Positions 1 through 9,932 of a DNA stretch of 64,000 bases are shown here, piece after piece (positions within the stretch are counted from its first letter, which is position 1; each line of letters begins with the position of its first letter). The translations under genes and the position numbers were made by a program. The DNA is from Sedimentisphaerales bacterium (GTDB lineage Bacteria; Planctomycetota; Phycisphaerae; Sedimentisphaerales; Anaerobacaceae). The notes under the pieces were generated by a model, which saw nothing but the letters and a program-made list of their open reading frames with translations, was not told the origin of the DNA and did no database searches. Location: positions 6,848,001 through 6,912,000 of the forward strand of contig OY970194.1 in assembly GCA_963708075.1 (NCBI GenBank), in the 5' to 3' direction.

Positions 1-1
1 C

Positions 2-382
2 AATCTGCGGGCCGTGGGACGTTGGCTCAAGGTCAACGGCGAGTCCATCTACGGCGCCGGCACGACCCCGTTCGGCGAAGAGCTGGGCACGCCGGACCCC
101 GGACGCAAAGACAGCAAGGGCAATCCGGCTTTCAACGCCAGGACGGATTGGCGTTGCACGACCAAACCGGGCAAGCTGTACATCCACCTGTTCAAATGGC
201 CCGCCGGCTCGTTCGAACTTCCAGCGATCAAGGATAAAGTGACAAAGGCGTACCTGCTGGCCGACCCGCAGAAGCAGGCCCTGACGGTCAAGCAGGATGG
301 TCAGAAGTGGTCGATCTCCCTGCCGGCAACTGCCCCGGACAAGATGGATTCCGTGCTGGTGCTTGAGACTGCGGCCAAGTGA
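2..382 (+). CDS. C-terminal part of an alpha-L-fucosidase (GH29-like), 5' end outside the window
   Basis: GRWLKVNGESIYG...LYIHLFKWP is typical of GH29 C-termini; the frame is open to the window edge. Confidence 0.75.
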   Translation, partial: NLRAVGRWLKVNGESIYGAGTTPFGEELGTPDPGRKDSKGNPAFNARTDWRCTTKPGKLYIHLFKWPAGSFELPAIKDKVTKAYLLADPQKQALTVKQDGQKWSISLPATAPDKMDSVLVLETAAK

Positions 383-424
383 CGTCGATGGAGAGTAGTG
401 TTTCGTAACAGACTGGATACGTCC

Positions 425-511
425 GGGTGGCAGCGTCAAGGCCGAAGGCCTTGGCGATGGTCAACGCTTCGACAGGTCACCATCGCCAAGCTGCGCTTGA
501 CGCTGCCACCC
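425..511. repeat. Palindromic REP-like element, family 'GGGTGGCAGCGTCAAG...CTTGACGCTGCCACCC'
   Basis: 16-bp perfect terminal inverted repeat; near-identical copies at 28310-28397 and 36818-36897, diverged copy at 35501-35594. Confidence 0.85.
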
Positions 512-544
512 GACACTCAATGTGAGTTCTTGTGAGGGCTTGAC

Positions 545-2155
545 ATGAGATGCTATAGGGTGCCCGAGACGATTTGTCTCCTTTGTGTGGTGGCATATGT
601 TATCGCAGTTGATGCGGCCGCTCTTGGCGGGACAGCGCCGGAGTCGAACGCCCCGAGGGCGGAGATTCGCACGCCCAGGGCACCGGAGACTCCGCGCATC
701 AACGGCCCGTCGGTCTTTGGCGTGCGCCCGGGCAATCCCTTCCTTTACCAAATTCCCGCCACGGGTGCCCGGCCCATGGAGTTCTCCGTCGAGTCTCTGC
801 CCGCAGGTCTTCAGGTGGACGCCAGGACGGGGCGAATCACCGGCTCGTTGAAGCAAGCCGGGGAGCACCTCGTCACATTGCGAGCCAAGAACACTCTGGG
901 GACTAGTGAGAAGAAGTTCAAAATCGTCGTCGGCGAGACCATCGCCCTGACGCCTCCGATGGGTTGGAACAGTTGGAACGCCTATCACGGGAGCGTCACG
1001 GGCGAGAACGTCATTCATGCTGCCCGTGCCATGGCGTCCAGCGGCCTCGCCAATCACGGCTGGACCTACATCAACATCGACGACGCCTGGCAGAAAGAGC
1101 GAGGCGGGCCGTTCAAGGGCATCCAGCCCAACGAGAAGTTCCCCGATTTCCAGAAGATGTGCGATGAGATCCATGCCCTGGGTCTCAAGGTCGGCATCTA
1201 CTCCACCCCGTGGACGACCTCCTACGCCCGCTACATCGGCGGCAGCTCGGACGATCCGAACGGTGCCTGGTCAAAGGGAGGCGGCAGGAGAAGCGGCAAG
1301 GTCTCCTTCGCCGAGGCCGACGCCAGGCAGTGGGCGGCGTGGGGCATCGATTATCTCAAGTACGACTGGAATCCCAACCAGACCACGCCGCGTGAGACCA
1401 GCGAGATGTTCCACCAGGACACCGACACGATGCGCACGGCACTACGCAACTGCGGCCGTGACATCGTCTTCAGCTACTCCAACAGCATGCGCTTTGACGA
1501 CATTGCCGACCAGTCCAAGATGCTCAACTGCTGGCGCACCACGGGCGACATCGGCGACAGTTGGCAGAGCATGGCCACCAAAGCCTTCTACATCAACATC
1601 CCCCGCGGCCAGACCGATCCGCAAGGCCCGCCCAGTGACAAATGGGCTCCTTACGCGGGCCCCGGCCATTGGAACGATCCGGATATGATGGTCCTGGGCG
1701 TGGTCAACTTCGGAGGCAAACAACACCCGACCCGCCTCACGCCCGACGAGCAATACCTGCACATGACCCAGTGGTGCATGGCCTGTTCGCCTCTGCTGCT
1801 GGGCTGCGATCTCGATAAGCTCGATGAATTCACCCTGAACCTCATCACCAACGACGAGGTACTCGCAGTGAACCAGGACACGCTCGGCAAGCAGGCGACG
1901 CTGGTCTCCAACGAGAACAACGTCCTGCTGGTCTATGCAAGGGACCTCGAAGACGGCACCAAAGCCGTGGCCCTCTACAACCTGAGCAAGGAGCCGGCGA
2001 CAGTGACCGCCAAATGGTCCGATTTGAAGATCTCAGGCCGGCAGAAGGTCCGCGACCTGTGGCGGCAGAAGGACCTGGGCCAGTTCTCCGATCAATTCCA
2101 GATGCCCGTGGCTGCTCATGGAGCGGAACTGGTGAAGATTCGCGCAGCCCGCTAA
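545..2155 (+). CDS. Alpha-galactosidase (GH27) with N-terminal putative Ig domain
   Basis: TPPMGWNSWN, YINIDDAW, GIDYLKYDW and WNDPDMM motifs; signal peptide; Ig-like segment LPAGLQVDARTGRITG. Confidence 0.92.
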   Translation: MRCYRVPETICLLCVVAYVIAVDAAALGGTAPESNAPRAEIRTPRAPETPRINGPSVFGVRPGNPFLYQIPATGARPMEFSVESLPAGLQVDARTGRITGSLKQAGEHLVTLRAKNTLGTSEKKFKIVVGETIALTPPMGWNSWNAYHGSVTGENVIHAARAMASSGLANHGWTYINIDDAWQKERGGPFKGIQPNEKFPDFQKMCDEIHALGLKVGIYSTPWTTSYARYIGGSSDDPNGAWSKGGGRRSGKVSFAEADARQWAAWGIDYLKYDWNPNQTTPRETSEMFHQDTDTMRTALRNCGRDIVFSYSNSMRFDDIADQSKMLNCWRTTGDIGDSWQSMATKAFYINIPRGQTDPQGPPSDKWAPYAGPGHWNDPDMMVLGVVNFGGKQHPTRLTPDEQYLHMTQWCMACSPLLLGCDLDKLDEFTLNLITNDEVLAVNQDTLGKQATLVSNENNVLLVYARDLEDGTKAVALYNLSKEPATVTAKWSDLKISGRQKVRDLWRQKDLGQFSDQFQMPVAAHGAELVKIRAAR

Positions 2156-2195
2156 TCAACCGGCACATGGCGGACGGTTGGAGAAGGGAAATACT

Positions 2196-5051
2196 GTGAA
2201 GTCAATGACTGCAATCAAGATGTGTGAAGCCTCCATTTGGGTGTTGCTCATGCTCGGCGTTTCGGTATGGGCGGCCACAGGGGCCAACAGCGAATGGGTA
2301 TACGCGGGCGCCGATAGCAAACTCGTCTATAAGACGACGCCTGCCGGCGACAGGATCATGGACTTTTCCCACGCCGGCTACATGGGTGGGGGCGTGGCGT
2401 TGCCGCAGGTCCCGGTCAAGATCACCGTGCAGCCGGTGGAGGGGGACAACACGGCCGTCATCCAGGAGGCCATCGATAAAGTCTCGGCGATGAGTCCGGA
2501 GGGTGGCTTTCGCGGCGCTGTCCTGCTGGCCCCGGGCGACTATACATGCTCGGGAACGATCTCCATTCGCACCAGCGGCGTCGTACTTCGCGGCAGTGGC
2601 AGCGGAACGAACGGATCGACCATCAAAATGGTCGGCGGCCGGCACGTGGCCATCACCGTCAGCAGATCGAGGAGCCGAGGGCGGGCCCCCGATGCCGGGC
2701 AGGAATCCAGTGCGGTCAAGACATCGATCTCCGATGCGTACGTGCCTTCGGGGGCGACTTCCTTCACCGTGGCCGATGCTTCAGGATTCGCCGTCGGCGA
2801 CACAATCGAAATCCGTCGGCCCGTCACACAGGCTTGGGTCAAGTTCATGCAGATGGACAACCTGGTTCGTGACGGCCGGCCTCAGACCTGGATTCGCGCG
2901 GGAACCGATATCACCACCCAGCGCAGGATTGCAGCAATTTCGGGCAACAGGGTCATGCTGGATGTCCCGCTCTCCGATTCCTTTGACGCCAGGTACCTGA
3001 ATCCGCCGGGGACTACTGTCATCAAAGTGACGCCCGGGGCGCTGCTCACGCAGGTCGGCGTGGAACACCTCCATGTCCAAGCGCCCCCGCAGCACATGAG
3101 CTATTCTCAAGCCCCTTACTCCGCGATGCGGGTCAGCGGCGAAGATTGCTGGGCCAGGGATGTCGTGATCGAGGAGACGATGAACAGCGTCAGCGTCGGC
3201 GGCCGGCGCATCACGCTGGAGCGGGTGGCGATCCATCGGACCGTCCCTAACGTGGGAGCATCCAAGCCGGCGGAATTCGCCCCGAATGCCGGCCAGGTCC
3301 TGCTGGACCGCTGCTCGGGCAACGGCGATAACATCTGGCACGTGGCGACCGGCGGCCGTCAGGCCGGCCCGATCGTGCTGCTCAACTGCACTTTCCGAGG
3401 CGCCGGCCACATCGAGGGCCATCAGCGATGGACCACAGGGATGCTCCTCGACAATTGCCAGGTCCCCGAGGGCGGCATCGACTTCAAGAATCGCGGCTCA
3501 ATGGGCTCGGGCCACGGCTGGGGAGTCGCGTGGGCGGTGGCCTGGAACTGCGAGGCCAAGACCTACGTGGTCCAACAGCCGCCCGGAGCGTTCAACTGGA
3601 TGATCGGCTGCAAGGGAGAGAATGTTCCGACGCCCCGACCGTTCGACTCCTCTCCGGCCCTGCCGCTGGGCATTTCCGATTCACCCGGAAAGCCAGTCAT
3701 CCCTCAGAGCCTCTACCTGGCCCAGTTAGCCGAGCGCCTGGGGCCGCAGGCCGTCAGGAACATCGGGTATTCGGCAGGCGAGGGCTCGCAGCCTGCGTCT
3801 GGAGGGCAGAGTCAAGGTGGCGGCGCCGTTACCAATCCACCAGTAGTTACGGATGCGGCGGCCGCTTCGGCTGTGCCGGATGCGCATTTGGATTATGTGC
3901 CGGGCAAGGCTCCGACGTTCTGGTCTGTCGCGACGGCTGAGACGATCATGGCCCGCTGGCCGGACTACAACCGGGCCTATCACGCCTCGTGGACCTACGT
4001 TCATGGCTACGCGCTCTACGGCTTCGAGATGCTCTATCGTGCCACGGGCGACAAGCGATACTATGATTTCATCAAGCGTTACATCGATAAGCACATCGAT
4101 GAAAACGGTGACTTCCGCGTCGTCGTGGACGGCCGGGATCGCGAACGTGCAACCAGCTTCGGCAACCAGGACAACATGATGACAGGCAATACCCTGGTCA
4201 TGCTCTACGAGTACACCAAGGACGAGCGCTACAAGAAGGCCGCCACCACTATCCGCCGCGCCCTGGACGGCTACCCCCGCAACAACAACGGAGGTCTGTG
4301 GCACTCGCGTGGCATGAACGGCCAATGGTGGATCGATGGCATCTTCATGAGCCAGATGTTCCTGACACGCTACGGCAAATCCATCGGCGATACGCAGTAC
4401 TGCTGGGATGAGGCTACCCTTCAGCTTGGCGCGTATGCCCGCAGTGCTCAGCGCGACAATACGGGGCTCTACGTGCACGGTATCTATGAGGCGGGCCACG
4501 GCGGCAAGCCGGCGAGATGGGCCGACCCGAATGGCGGTCTCTCGCCGGAAGTCTGGAGCGAAGGACTGGGCTGGTATGCTCTGGTTCTGGTCGAGACGCT
4601 GGCGGATCTGCCCAGGGACCACACCAAGCGCGACGAGATGGAAGACATCTTCCGTCGCTTGGCCGCGGGGCTCAAACGGACGCAGGACACGAAGAGCTGC
4701 CGATGGTTCCAGGTCGTGGACAAGGGCGACCGGCCGGACAACTGGACCGACACCTCCGGCAGCGCAATGTTCACCTACACGATCCAAAAGGGAATCGAAA
4801 TCGGTCTGCTCGACAAGGCCACGTACGCTCCAGCCGTCGAGCAGGGGTACAAAGGGATCACTGAAAACGCCAAGATCAACGACAAAGGCCTTGTCGATAT
4901 CTACAGCGCCTGCGATGGTCTCGGCGTCCAGGCGAGTTACGACCGCTACATCAACTACAAGCAGTCGATCAACGCCAAGGAGGCGGTCGCGGGATTCCTC
5001 TGGGCCACGACGATCGTGGAAAGGCCCGAATTGGAGAAGCTCAAGAAATGA
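2196..5051 (+). CDS. Secreted fusion: pectate-lyase-like beta-helix domain + GH105/GH88 unsaturated uronyl hydrolase
   Basis: N-half DFSHAGYMGG...DNTAVIQEAID; Gly/Ser/Ala linker; C-half WTYVHG, WWIDGIFM, WSEGLGW, DTSGSAMF. Confidence 0.8.
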   Translation: MKSMTAIKMCEASIWVLLMLGVSVWAATGANSEWVYAGADSKLVYKTTPAGDRIMDFSHAGYMGGGVALPQVPVKITVQPVEGDNTAVIQEAIDKVSAMSPEGGFRGAVLLAPGDYTCSGTISIRTSGVVLRGSGSGTNGSTIKMVGGRHVAITVSRSRSRGRAPDAGQESSAVKTSISDAYVPSGATSFTVADASGFAVGDTIEIRRPVTQAWVKFMQMDNLVRDGRPQTWIRAGTDITTQRRIAAISGNRVMLDVPLSDSFDARYLNPPGTTVIKVTPGALLTQVGVEHLHVQAPPQHMSYSQAPYSAMRVSGEDCWARDVVIEETMNSVSVGGRRITLERVAIHRTVPNVGASKPAEFAPNAGQVLLDRCSGNGDNIWHVATGGRQAGPIVLLNCTFRGAGHIEGHQRWTTGMLLDNCQVPEGGIDFKNRGSMGSGHGWGVAWAVAWNCEAKTYVVQQPPGAFNWMIGCKGENVPTPRPFDSSPALPLGISDSPGKPVIPQSLYLAQLAERLGPQAVRNIGYSAGEGSQPASGGQSQGGGAVTNPPVVTDAAAASAVPDAHLDYVPGKAPTFWSVATAETIMARWPDYNRAYHASWTYVHGYALYGFEMLYRATGDKRYYDFIKRYIDKHIDENGDFRVVVDGRDRERATSFGNQDNMMTGNTLVMLYEYTKDERYKKAATTIRRALDGYPRNNNGGLWHSRGMNGQWWIDGIFMSQMFLTRYGKSIGDTQYCWDEATLQLGAYARSAQRDNTGLYVHGIYEAGHGGKPARWADPNGGLSPEVWSEGLGWYALVLVETLADLPRDHTKRDEMEDIFRRLAAGLKRTQDTKSCRWFQVVDKGDRPDNWTDTSGSAMFTYTIQKGIEIGLLDKATYAPAVEQGYKGITENAKINDKGLVDIYSACDGLGVQASYDRYINYKQSINAKEAVAGFLWATTIVERPELEKLKK

Positions 5052-5089
5052 TGTCTGAACGCGATGGGAATGAAGAAGGGGCAAACGGA

Positions 5090-6097
5090 ATGATGCGGCG
5101 GAATCGGCTTTGCTGCGGATTGGTTTCTTTGATGCTGATGCCCTCCTTTGCCTTTGCGGGGCAGGCTCGGGATCGGGCGACCTGGATGACAGAGGCACGA
5201 TGGGGCGTGATGACCCACTATCTGGCCGACTGGAAGGCCCGCGAGATGAAGGAGCCGATGACCGTCGAGAAATGGAACGATATGGTGAGCCGTTTCGACG
5301 TGGAGGGACTGGCCGAGCAGCTCAAATCGGTCGGGGCGGGTTACTACCTCGTCACCATCGGCCAGAACTCGGGCTTCTACCTGGCTCCCAATGCCACCTA
5401 TGATCGTCTCGTCGGCATCCAGCCGAGCAGGTGCTCCCGCCGGGACCTGGTGGCGGACCTGTACGAGGCCTTGCACAAGCGGGACATCCGCCTCATGGTG
5501 TATCTGCCGGCGGGCGCCCCGGCCGGTGACGCGACCGCGCGGCAGACGCTCCAGTGGCAGAACGGCGCGCACCGCAACCGCGAGTTCCAGCTCAAATGGG
5601 AGCAGGTCATTCGCGAATGGTCCCTGCGTTGGGGGTCGAAGGTCGCCGGCTGGTGGTTCGACGGGTGCTACTGGCCCAACACAATGTACCGCACGGAGGA
5701 GCCCCCGAATTTCGCCAGCTTCGCCGCCGCGGCGCGGGCGGGCAACCCCGACAGCATCGTCGCCTTCAATCCCGGGGTCGTCGCCCGCATTCTCTCCGTC
5801 ACGCCGCATGAGGACTACACCCCCGGCGAGATCAACGATCCCAATCGCGTGGAGATCCGGCGGGCCGAAAATGGCAGGATCGACGGGACCCAGGTGCATA
5901 TTCTGAGCTACCTCGGCGAGCGGTGGGGCATGGGTGCGCCGCGGTTCCCTGCGGAGCAGGTCGTCAAGTGGAGCCAGGGCATCCGCAAGCAGGGCGGCGC
6001 AATCACCTGGGATGTGCCGATCCAGCCCAACGGCCTGATCGGCCAGCCGTTCATCGATCAGTTGGCCGCCGTGGGCAAGGCCCTTCGTCGCCCGTGA
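5090..6097 (+). CDS. GH29-like alpha-L-fucosidase family protein
   Basis: ARWGVMTHY, RRDLVADLYEALHKRDIRLMVY, GWWFDG nucleophile motif; signal peptide. Confidence 0.7.
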   Translation: MMRRNRLCCGLVSLMLMPSFAFAGQARDRATWMTEARWGVMTHYLADWKAREMKEPMTVEKWNDMVSRFDVEGLAEQLKSVGAGYYLVTIGQNSGFYLAPNATYDRLVGIQPSRCSRRDLVADLYEALHKRDIRLMVYLPAGAPAGDATARQTLQWQNGAHRNREFQLKWEQVIREWSLRWGSKVAGWWFDGCYWPNTMYRTEEPPNFASFAAAARAGNPDSIVAFNPGVVARILSVTPHEDYTPGEINDPNRVEIRRAENGRIDGTQVHILSYLGERWGMGAPRFPAEQVVKWSQGIRKQGGAITWDVPIQPNGLIGQPFIDQLAAVGKALRRP

Positions 6098-6328
6098 CAC
6101 GCGGGAAATCCCCGAAAAAATGGCAGCGGGGGCGAAATTGTGGTGGAATTCCGCTACGTCCGGGATATTGACCAATTCAGAGGCCCATGAGTGGGCCTTA
6201 CAAAAGGCATGGATTCCCACGGTTGGCTAAGGGATCAAAGGAGGAGTTCTGTGCACTTGTTGTTGGCAGGGCTCGCAGTCGCCAGGTGTCAGTACATCTA
6301 TTCACTCTCGTTGTGAAGGAGGATTGTC

Positions 6329-8449
6329 ATGTGCAAGAAGTTGTTCGTCTTGGCGTTTGTGCTGGGTCTGGTGACAAGTGCTGCCCAGGCGGCGCAGCTC
6401 GACCTCAAGGCTCTGGGGATCAATCCGGATTTCGAGAACTATTCCGCCGTCGGCGACGGGATCACAAAGACGGGTTGGGGCAGTTTCCCCGGCGCGGCGA
6501 ACGGCGTGCTCGCCGATGCTATCCCGATCAATGATGAGTTCTACACGAATCCCAGCACCTATAGCCAAGGCTGGCAGTCCAACGGCACCGCCGGACTCAG
6601 CGGCAAGTATGGCCTGGCGCACCCGCAAAAGAGCGGCCAGAATAATATGTCCCCGCCGTTCAGTGGGGATTTCATTGGCTTTGTCAATCTTGATGATGGC
6701 GACGGGTTCGCCCAGTCGATCCAGTCCGGCATCGTGGGCAACCTCGTCGAGGGGACCTATACCCTGACCGTGGCGGTAGCCGCTCGGCCGTCTACCAGTT
6801 GGAATGACGTGCGGTACGAGATTTCGCTGGTGGCCAATCCGGTGGTTGGGGCCCCGGATAATGCCGGTCCGGCATTGGGCTCGCGGGACGGGACGGTCCT
6901 GGGTGTGCCGGCGACCGTCACGCTGGTGCCCGCCGCGGCGGTCCTGGGCTCCAATAGCCAGGACCTGACGTACGTGCTGATGATCGACCTCAATGATCCC
7001 AACACCGATCCGAACCTTATTGGCGCTCCATTCGCCATTCGCATCGGCGTCTTCAACGCCCAGACTCAAAACGGCGTGGCGGATGACGGGACGAACAACG
7101 GCGCAGCGCCCGCCGGGACCAACTACCGATTCACGCAGGGCAACTTCGACAATGTCCGGCTCAATGTCGTGCAGGTCGTCGATCTCAAGGGCATCAATCC
7201 GGACTTCGAGGATTATTCCGCCGTCGGCGACGGGGTCACAAAGACGGGTTGGGGCAGTTTCCCCGGCGCGGCGAACGGCGTGCTCGCCGACGCTATCCCG
7301 ATCAATGATGAGTTCTACACGAATCCCAGCACCTATAGCCAGGGCTGGCAGTCCAATGGCACCGCCGGACTCAGCGGCAAGTATGGCCTGGCGCACCCGC
7401 AAAAGAGCGGCCAGAATAATATGTCCCCGCCGTTCAGCGGGGACTTCATTGGCTTTGTCAATCTTGATGATAGCGACGGGTTCGCCCAGTCGATCCAATC
7501 GGGCATCGTGGGCAAGCTTGTCGAGGGAACCTATTCCCTGACCGTGGCTGTGGCAGCGCGGCCATCGACCAGTTGGAATGACGTGCGGTACGAGATTTCG
7601 CTGGTGGCCAATCCTGTGCTCGGTGCCCCCGATAACGCGGGTCCGGCCTTGGGTTCTCGGGATGGGACGGTCCTGGGCACGCCGGCTACGGTGACCCTGG
7701 TGCCTGCCGCGGCAGTCCTGGGCTCCAATAGTCAGGATCTGACGTACGTGCTGACGATCGACCTCAATGATCCCAACACCGATCCGAACCTTATTGGCGC
7801 TCCGTTCGCCATTCGCATCGGCGTTTTCAACGCCCAGACTCAAAACGGCGTGGCAGATGACGGGACGAACAACGGCGCAGCGCCCGCCGGGACCAACTAC
7901 CGGTTCGTCCAAGGCAACTTCGACAATGTCCGGCTGACGGTCGAGTCGAAGACGCTGCCTGTGCCTGAGCCGGTGGAAGAGCCGAAGGCCCTGGTCAACG
8001 GGAGCTTTGAAGAGCCTGCGGCGCAGGCCGGTTTTGACAATGTCCCGGGTTGGAGCACAAGTGCTCCGGCCGCCAATTCAGGCATCCAGGTCGATCCGAA
8101 TGCGACCGATGGAGCCCAGACCGCATACCTGGCCGGCGGCGATCCAGCCATCTCGCAGATGTCGAGTCTCGTCGTCGAGGCCGGCCGCGTCCCGGAACTG
8201 AAAGTCGACGCAAGGGCTAAGGCCGGGGCCGCAAGTTTGAAGATGACCCTGTTTGTCGAGGTGCTCGGGATTCGCATGCCCGTAGCGACGCAGGAGGTGG
8301 TCCTCACCGGTTCGATGGCGGAGTATGTGCTGCGGGCCGAGAACACCGCGGCCATAGTCGGTTCCGTCGTAGGCGTCGAGCTGGCCTGCGTGGGCGGCTC
8401 CGATACGTCGGTTGTCGTGGACAATGTGCGTCTGAACCTCGCTGAATGA
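6329..8449 (+). CDS. Secreted protein with two tandem 258-aa copies of an unrecognised domain plus a C-terminal CBM-like domain
   Basis: RBS AAGGAGG, signal peptide, 774-bp internal duplication, LVNGSFE...DNVRL ending. Confidence 0.75.
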   Translation: MCKKLFVLAFVLGLVTSAAQAAQLDLKALGINPDFENYSAVGDGITKTGWGSFPGAANGVLADAIPINDEFYTNPSTYSQGWQSNGTAGLSGKYGLAHPQKSGQNNMSPPFSGDFIGFVNLDDGDGFAQSIQSGIVGNLVEGTYTLTVAVAARPSTSWNDVRYEISLVANPVVGAPDNAGPALGSRDGTVLGVPATVTLVPAAAVLGSNSQDLTYVLMIDLNDPNTDPNLIGAPFAIRIGVFNAQTQNGVADDGTNNGAAPAGTNYRFTQGNFDNVRLNVVQVVDLKGINPDFEDYSAVGDGVTKTGWGSFPGAANGVLADAIPINDEFYTNPSTYSQGWQSNGTAGLSGKYGLAHPQKSGQNNMSPPFSGDFIGFVNLDDSDGFAQSIQSGIVGKLVEGTYSLTVAVAARPSTSWNDVRYEISLVANPVLGAPDNAGPALGSRDGTVLGTPATVTLVPAAAVLGSNSQDLTYVLTIDLNDPNTDPNLIGAPFAIRIGVFNAQTQNGVADDGTNNGAAPAGTNYRFVQGNFDNVRLTVESKTLPVPEPVEEPKALVNGSFEEPAAQAGFDNVPGWSTSAPAANSGIQVDPNATDGAQTAYLAGGDPAISQMSSLVVEAGRVPELKVDARAKAGAASLKMTLFVEVLGIRMPVATQEVVLTGSMAEYVLRAENTAAIVGSVVGVELACVGGSDTSVVVDNVRLNLAE

Positions 8450-8705
8450 CAGGCTGATCGCGGCTGCCCACGGACTACCTTGCGATCTGGGCCGGCCCGG
8501 GATAGAGGTCCGGCCTGACGGCAGTGGTCTGCCCGCCTTGATGTATTCCGGCGGTTGTGTCCAACCAGCTACAATCTCCGCCAAGTCCGAGGGTAGCGCC
8601 GAAGTGCACGTTTCGACATGCCTCAGGCTTCCAGGTGTCAACTCAACCTGTCTGGCCTCGTAAGTCTCGGATTTGACAGGGGTTGTGGTTGGCTGTGGAA
8701 TCTCC

Positions 8706-9926
8706 TCAGGGCGTGGACGCGAGTTTACTCACCTCCGTCCAGACGCGGAGGAAGTTCTCGGCGCAGATTTTCTTCAGGTCCTCCTCGCTGTAGCCTCGCT
8801 TGAGCAGTTCGTAGATCAGATTCGGATAGCCGGAAACGTCCTCCAGGCCTTCGGGCACCTGTTCGACGCCGTCGAAGTCGGAGCCGAGGCCGACGTGCTC
8901 GATGCCGACCAGCTTGACGACGTGGTCCATGTGCTCGGCGACCTGCGAAACGTGCGCCTTGGTGAATTGGGCCTGCTCGAAACGTTGCCTGGTGTAGTTG
9001 GTCTTCTCCTCGCCTTGCAGGTTGTGCGTCTCGACGTACCGGCGGATCTCCTCACGGAGCTTCACGAACTCGCGGTTGGTCGTGGCGTTGAGGAAGATGG
9101 AGCCGAAGTTGATCTGGATGACGCCGCCTTTGGCCGCCAGATCGCGGATCATCTCGTCGCTCATATTGCGATGCCAGCCCGGCGTGAAGTGGCGGCAGCT
9201 CGAATGCGTCGCCACCACCGGCGCCTTGGATAGCTCGATAACCTGGTAAAAGGTGTCATCGGAGACGTGCGAGACATCGATCATCATCCCCAGGCGGTTC
9301 ATCTCGGCGACGACCTGCCTGCCGAACGGGCTCAAGCCGTGCCATTTCGGGCCCTGGTCGAAGGAGGAATCACAGAGATGGTTGTTCTTGGAGTGCGTCA
9401 GCGTGATGTACCGCGCGCCGCGGTCGTAGAAGTATTTGAGATTCTTCAGGTCGTCTTCAAGGGCAGAGCCGTTTTCGATGGCCGGAACGAGCGCGACCCG
9501 GTTCCCGTCGGACTGTGCCCGGATTTCCTGTGGCGAGCATGCCAGGACGAACTTGTCCGGCCACTTCTGAACGTAGCCCTTGACCTCCTCGATCATCTGG
9601 TCGGCCAGCGCGTGGGCGCCGCCTTTCTCTTCGTAGTCGGGTGGAATGTAGGCGACCATGAACGCCGCATTGAGCCCGCCTTGCCTGGCCCGGATGTAGT
9701 CGAACTGTCCCTTTTCCGCCCTCGTGGAGATATCGTACCACGTCTTGCGGACCTCGTACGGCGTATCCAGGTGCGTGTCTATGATCAGCAGCTTCTGGGC
9801 CAATCGCTGAGCTCGGCTCTTCAGCTCGACATCCGTTTCGCCCCGGGCGACCTGCGGGCCGCACAAGTTCAGCACAACCGGCAACATCACTGTGAACTGC
9901 AATGCAATCACCTTTCCTAAACACAT
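8706..9926 (-). CDS. Membrane dipeptidase (peptidase M19)
   Basis: IIDTHLD, ITLTH, IDVSH, ATHS and GLGSDFDG motifs. Confidence 0.93.
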   Translation of the reverse strand: MCLGKVIALQFTVMLPVVLNLCGPQVARGETDVELKSRAQRLAQKLLIIDTHLDTPYEVRKTWYDISTRAEKGQFDYIRARQGGLNAAFMVAYIPPDYEEKGGAHALADQMIEEVKGYVQKWPDKFVLACSPQEIRAQSDGNRVALVPAIENGSALEDDLKNLKYFYDRGARYITLTHSKNNHLCDSSFDQGPKWHGLSPFGRQVVAEMNRLGMMIDVSHVSDDTFYQVIELSKAPVVATHSSCRHFTPGWHRNMSDEMIRDLAAKGGVIQINFGSIFLNATTNREFVKLREEIRRYVETHNLQGEEKTNYTRQRFEQAQFTKAHVSQVAEHMDHVVKLVGIEHVGLGSDFDGVEQVPEGLEDVSGYPNLIYELLKRGYSEEDLKKICAENFLRVWTEVSKLASTP

Positions 9927-9932
9927 ACCCGC

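Noticed and set aside
3726..7912. Long antisense ORFs (3726-5198, 4955-6220, 6302-7912; likewise 14820-16331 and others)
   Set aside because: Shadow ORFs opposite well-supported genes in high-GC DNA, with no recognisable motifs.
6329..8449. Diversity-generating retroelement TR/VR pair
   Set aside because: Differences between copies are mostly synonymous, not adenine-specific, and there is no reverse transcriptase.
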